64,000 bases of DNA from Amoebidium appalachense (Eukaryota; Protista; Ichthyosporea): NCBI GenBank assembly GCA_963693365.1, contig CAVNZM010000006.1:6241264-6305263 (forward strand), given 5' to 3'. The notes beneath the pieces are model-generated. The model was not told the origin of the DNA. It did not search any database and was given only the letters and a program-made list of their open reading frames with translations. Both the position numbers and the translations under genes were made by a program. Shown here piece by piece: positions 52,538 through 64,000 of this stretch (positions are counted from its first letter, which is position 1; every line of letters starts with the position of its first letter).

Positions 52538-52705
52538 AAGAGAGAGACCAAGAGGAGGGGGATGACGGGGTAGCGAGGGTGTGTGTGTGCGTGTGTGTGT
52601 CTCGTGTGCGTGTGTGTGTGTGTGGGGGGAGGGGGGGGGGGGGGGGGAATAGGGAACTTGACAGGTAAAAAAAAACAAAAAAAAAACAGAACACAGTGCA
52701 CCAGT

Positions 52706-60998
<8,293 letters not shown>

Positions 60999-61468
60999 CT
61001 GAAAAGACAACAAAAACAGGAGGTTTAAGTACCGAGCTTGGATATATGAGTCTAGTGAAATATGTTAGAGCATGTCTGTTTAGATACGTATAACCGGATG
61101 AAATTTTAGATAGAGATGTAGATAGACTTCGAACTACTGTCGGACACATGATACCTGTGATGTAACGATTGATAGATCGCACAATACGTTTTAGATTAAC
61201 CCATGGAATACATCTTACCTATGTCTGAACTATCAGCAGGAAGGAGAAGGGGGGGGGGGGGGGGGGGGGGGGGGGGAGGGGGGGGGGGAGGGGGGGGGGG
61301 GGGGGGGGGGTATTTCTTGAAAGCATTGATGGAAGAACGAAGAGTAAGTGTGGGGACAAGTGAGCGGAGTGTGTGCTCACAATGGAGGGGGGGGGGGGGG
61401 GGGGGGGTATATGTATGTGTGAGTTTGTTTGGCACCGGGGGGGGGGGGGGGGGGGGGGATAGACTCAC

Positions 61469-63547
61469 ATCAGATTCAGGGTTGCTCTCTGAGTTGGCTG
61501 CAGGGGAGGGTGGGGGTGGTCGTTTCTGGGCTGCAGCAGGCGGCGGTGGTTTTGTACCATTGGTGGGTGGAAGGTCTCCTATTATGGTAAAGGGCAGAGG
61601 GGAGGCGGTTAGGAGGAGGGGAAGGGGGGGGGGGGGGGGGGGGGATTTGATGGAGGGGTGAGGGGGAGGGGAGGGGGCCGGGGGGGGGGGGAGGGGGGAG
61701 GGGGGGAGAGGCAGGAAGGGAGAGGAGGGGTGAGGGGTGAAGGGTGGTGGTAGTGGTTTTTTTTTTTTTTTTTTGGAGGGTGATGGGGGGGGGGGGGGGG
61801 GAGGGGGGATGGGATGTACGAATTAGAATAAAGGAAATGGGGATGCGAACGCATGAGGCAGGGAGACATGAAATGAACTGTCACACACATGCAACAATCA
61901 CCTACACACACGGATTTTGGAAGGGAAAAGAGAGAGGGTATACGAAAAGCGAGGGCGGGATGTGTGGTGGTGGAGTGTAGAGGTCATGGGTGGGGTGTGC
62001 GTGCGTATGTGTGTGTGTGCAAGAGAGGGGGGAAGGGGGGGGGGAGGGGGGTGAAAGAATGTAAGAGTTGGAGGGTGGGAATCGTGGAAGCGAAGACATT
62101 CTTATATTGAAAGGGTGCGTGTGTGTTTCCAGGGGGGGGGGGGGGGGGGGGGGGGGAGGGGGGTGAATAGATTGTGGAGTTCCGTTGTGTGTCTATGGGA
62201 AGCAGGGAAGGAGGGGAAAAAGGAGGAGTGGGGGATAGGGGTGGGGGGGTTGCCAACCTAGCGCACGGAGTTCCTTTGTGAGGTGTGCCTGTGTCTGTGT
62301 GTCTGTGCAGTGTTTGAGGCCCAGACGGTACGTGTCTGCTGCCTGCTGCGGTTGCTGGAGCTGCTGCTGTGCTTGCGCCTTACGTAGGTATGCCTGTACG
62401 TGTATTTGTACGTGTTTGTACGTTTGTACGTTGTGGGGGGGGGGGGGGGGGGGGGGGGGGGAGGGGGGGAGTGTGTGTTTGGGGAAATTGGCGGTCGGGG
62501 GGGGGGAGGGAGGGGGGGAGGGGGGAGGGGGAGAGGGGGGAGGTGGCGGGGAGGGTGCAAGGAGGGGATGTTTGCCAGATTGAAGAAGGAAGCCTCTTAG
62601 AAGGGGGAGGCGTGGGGGGGGGGGGGGGGGGTTGGGTTGTGGTGAGGAAAGGAAGTTGGGGGGTGAGGCAAGGGGATGGTGGAAGGAAAGGGCGGGAGTG
62701 AATTGGATGCAAGGCACCTAAGGGGATGGGAGGAGGGGGAGGGGAGTAGAACGTGGTATACATTACGAAGTAAGCACTCATGAAGGGTAAAGAAAAGAAG
62801 GATACAAAAAATTATGCAGTATCCGAGGTGCACATCCTTTCCGCGCAGGCGGGAAGGGGGCGGGGGGGTTAAGGGAGGGAGGGGGGGGGGGGGGAGGAGA
62901 GAGGGAGAAAGAGAAAGGGGGGGGTGAAGGGGGGAAGGGGAAGAGAGAGAAAGGGGGGGGGGGGGGGAGGGGGGAGGGGGGTGGGGGTGGGTGGGTGGTG
63001 GTGGTGGTGATGGGAGAGGGGGGCGGGAAGGGATAAATGTATACCTTAAGGAATGAGGGATCGACGGCAAGGCACTTGTCACATGCGGCCACGGCACGTT
63101 TCCAGGCATTCTGGGTGAGATAGACCTATACACAATAGATTAGTGTCCAGTTTGGTGATTGGAATGTTTTCGTATATGGTTAAATTGCAATGTTTCCTTT
63201 TATAATTAGTCGTTTCCTTTCATGCATATGCCGCTAAACAGAGGGATATTTATGCAGAAGACATTTGGTGATGGAATGATGAGGAATAAGAATGACACCC
63301 CGAAATGGGCTATGGGTCATGACATTGGAGATGGGACAATGGAAAATAGAATAGCCTAAAAAGGGTATGCCCTGCCAGGTTCCGACCGAGAGAGATTCAG
63401 TAATTTTTTCACTGACCAGGTAAGCAAAATTTCATATTTGTTGTAGATAAAAAACAATTCTAGTCCTTATACCACTTCGAGCAATTCCAAAATACTAGAA
63501 ACAACTTAATATACTCCCGGATTAGTCCTGGATTTCTTTAGCGCGTG
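61469..63547 (-). CDS. TPR-repeat exons plus proline-rich linker, in frame with EME1 exons (5' end outside window)
   Basis: Exons 63547-63515 (HALKKSRTNPG, less certain), 63125-63045 (VYLTQNAWKRAVAACDKCLAVDPSFLK), 62393-62258 (AYLRKAQAQQQLQQPQQAADTYRLGLKH...), 61578-61469 (Pro-rich, ends phase 0 at GTGAGT). The pattern matches co-chaperone-type TPR helices. Confidence 0.8.
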
Positions 63548-63840
63548 CTGCGGGCCGGCGACGAAGGGGAAGGGGGGGGGGGGGGGGGGGGGGGGGGGAG
63601 TGTGTATGTGTGTGTGTGTGCATACACATGCATGCCCACGTACCCATTTCGTGCATGCATGTGTGTGCATGTGTGTGAGCGCGTGTGCGCAACACATACA
63701 TTTAAACAGAGTTGGTGTGTGTGTAGGCATATGTGTGTGCGGCACACGTGTATATGCGTTCGTTTGTGCGTGTGTGTTTGCGTGCACACACGCACGCACA
63801 CGCGCGCGCGCGTGCACACACACACACACGTGCGCGCGCA

Positions 63841-63889
<49 letters not shown>

Positions 63890-63927
63890 CCACCCACCCA
63901 CCCACCCACACAACACACACACACACG

Positions 63928-63976
<49 letters not shown>

Positions 63977-64000
63977 ACCTACCCATCCATGCACCCACCC

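Overview
Eukaryotic, intron-rich genomic DNA. Its introns and intergenic spacers are saturated with simple repeats ((CA/TG)n, (GA/TC)n, poly-G/C, poly-A/T), so almost all ORFs in the supplied track are artefacts. Gene content (GKAP-domain protein, ARL8, EME1) suggests a unicellular holozoan-type protist; this is an inference. Manual exon reconstruction from GT-AG sites and phase gives eight genes: (1) YEATS/GAS41-Yaf9 (-, 3' end outside the window); (2) a protein with two duplicated tandem-CCCH zinc-finger modules (+); (3) a HURP/DLGAP5-like GKAP protein with a CKAP2-like C-terminal motif (+), preceded by a CDE-CHR/CCAAT/CArG promoter; (4) a mosaic secreted protein with beta/gamma-crystallin-like and LCCL-like domains (+); (5) ARL8 (+); (6) an intronless S1 serine protease (-); (7) an intronless Pmp-like GGA(I/L/V)/FxxN beta-helix protein (+); (8) EME1, apparently fused in frame to upstream TPR exons (-, 5' end outside the window). 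The main oddities are: (CA)n directly abutting many 3' splice AGs in place of a polypyrimidine tract; a 14-copy branch-point/CAG-containing repeat upstream of an ARL8 exon; two long intronic palindromes; the TPR-EME1 fusion with a candidate poison micro-exon; and single-base frameshifts confined to four genes. The frameshifts are most likely assembly errors, but this is unproven. Exon coordinates were counted by hand and may be off by a few bases.
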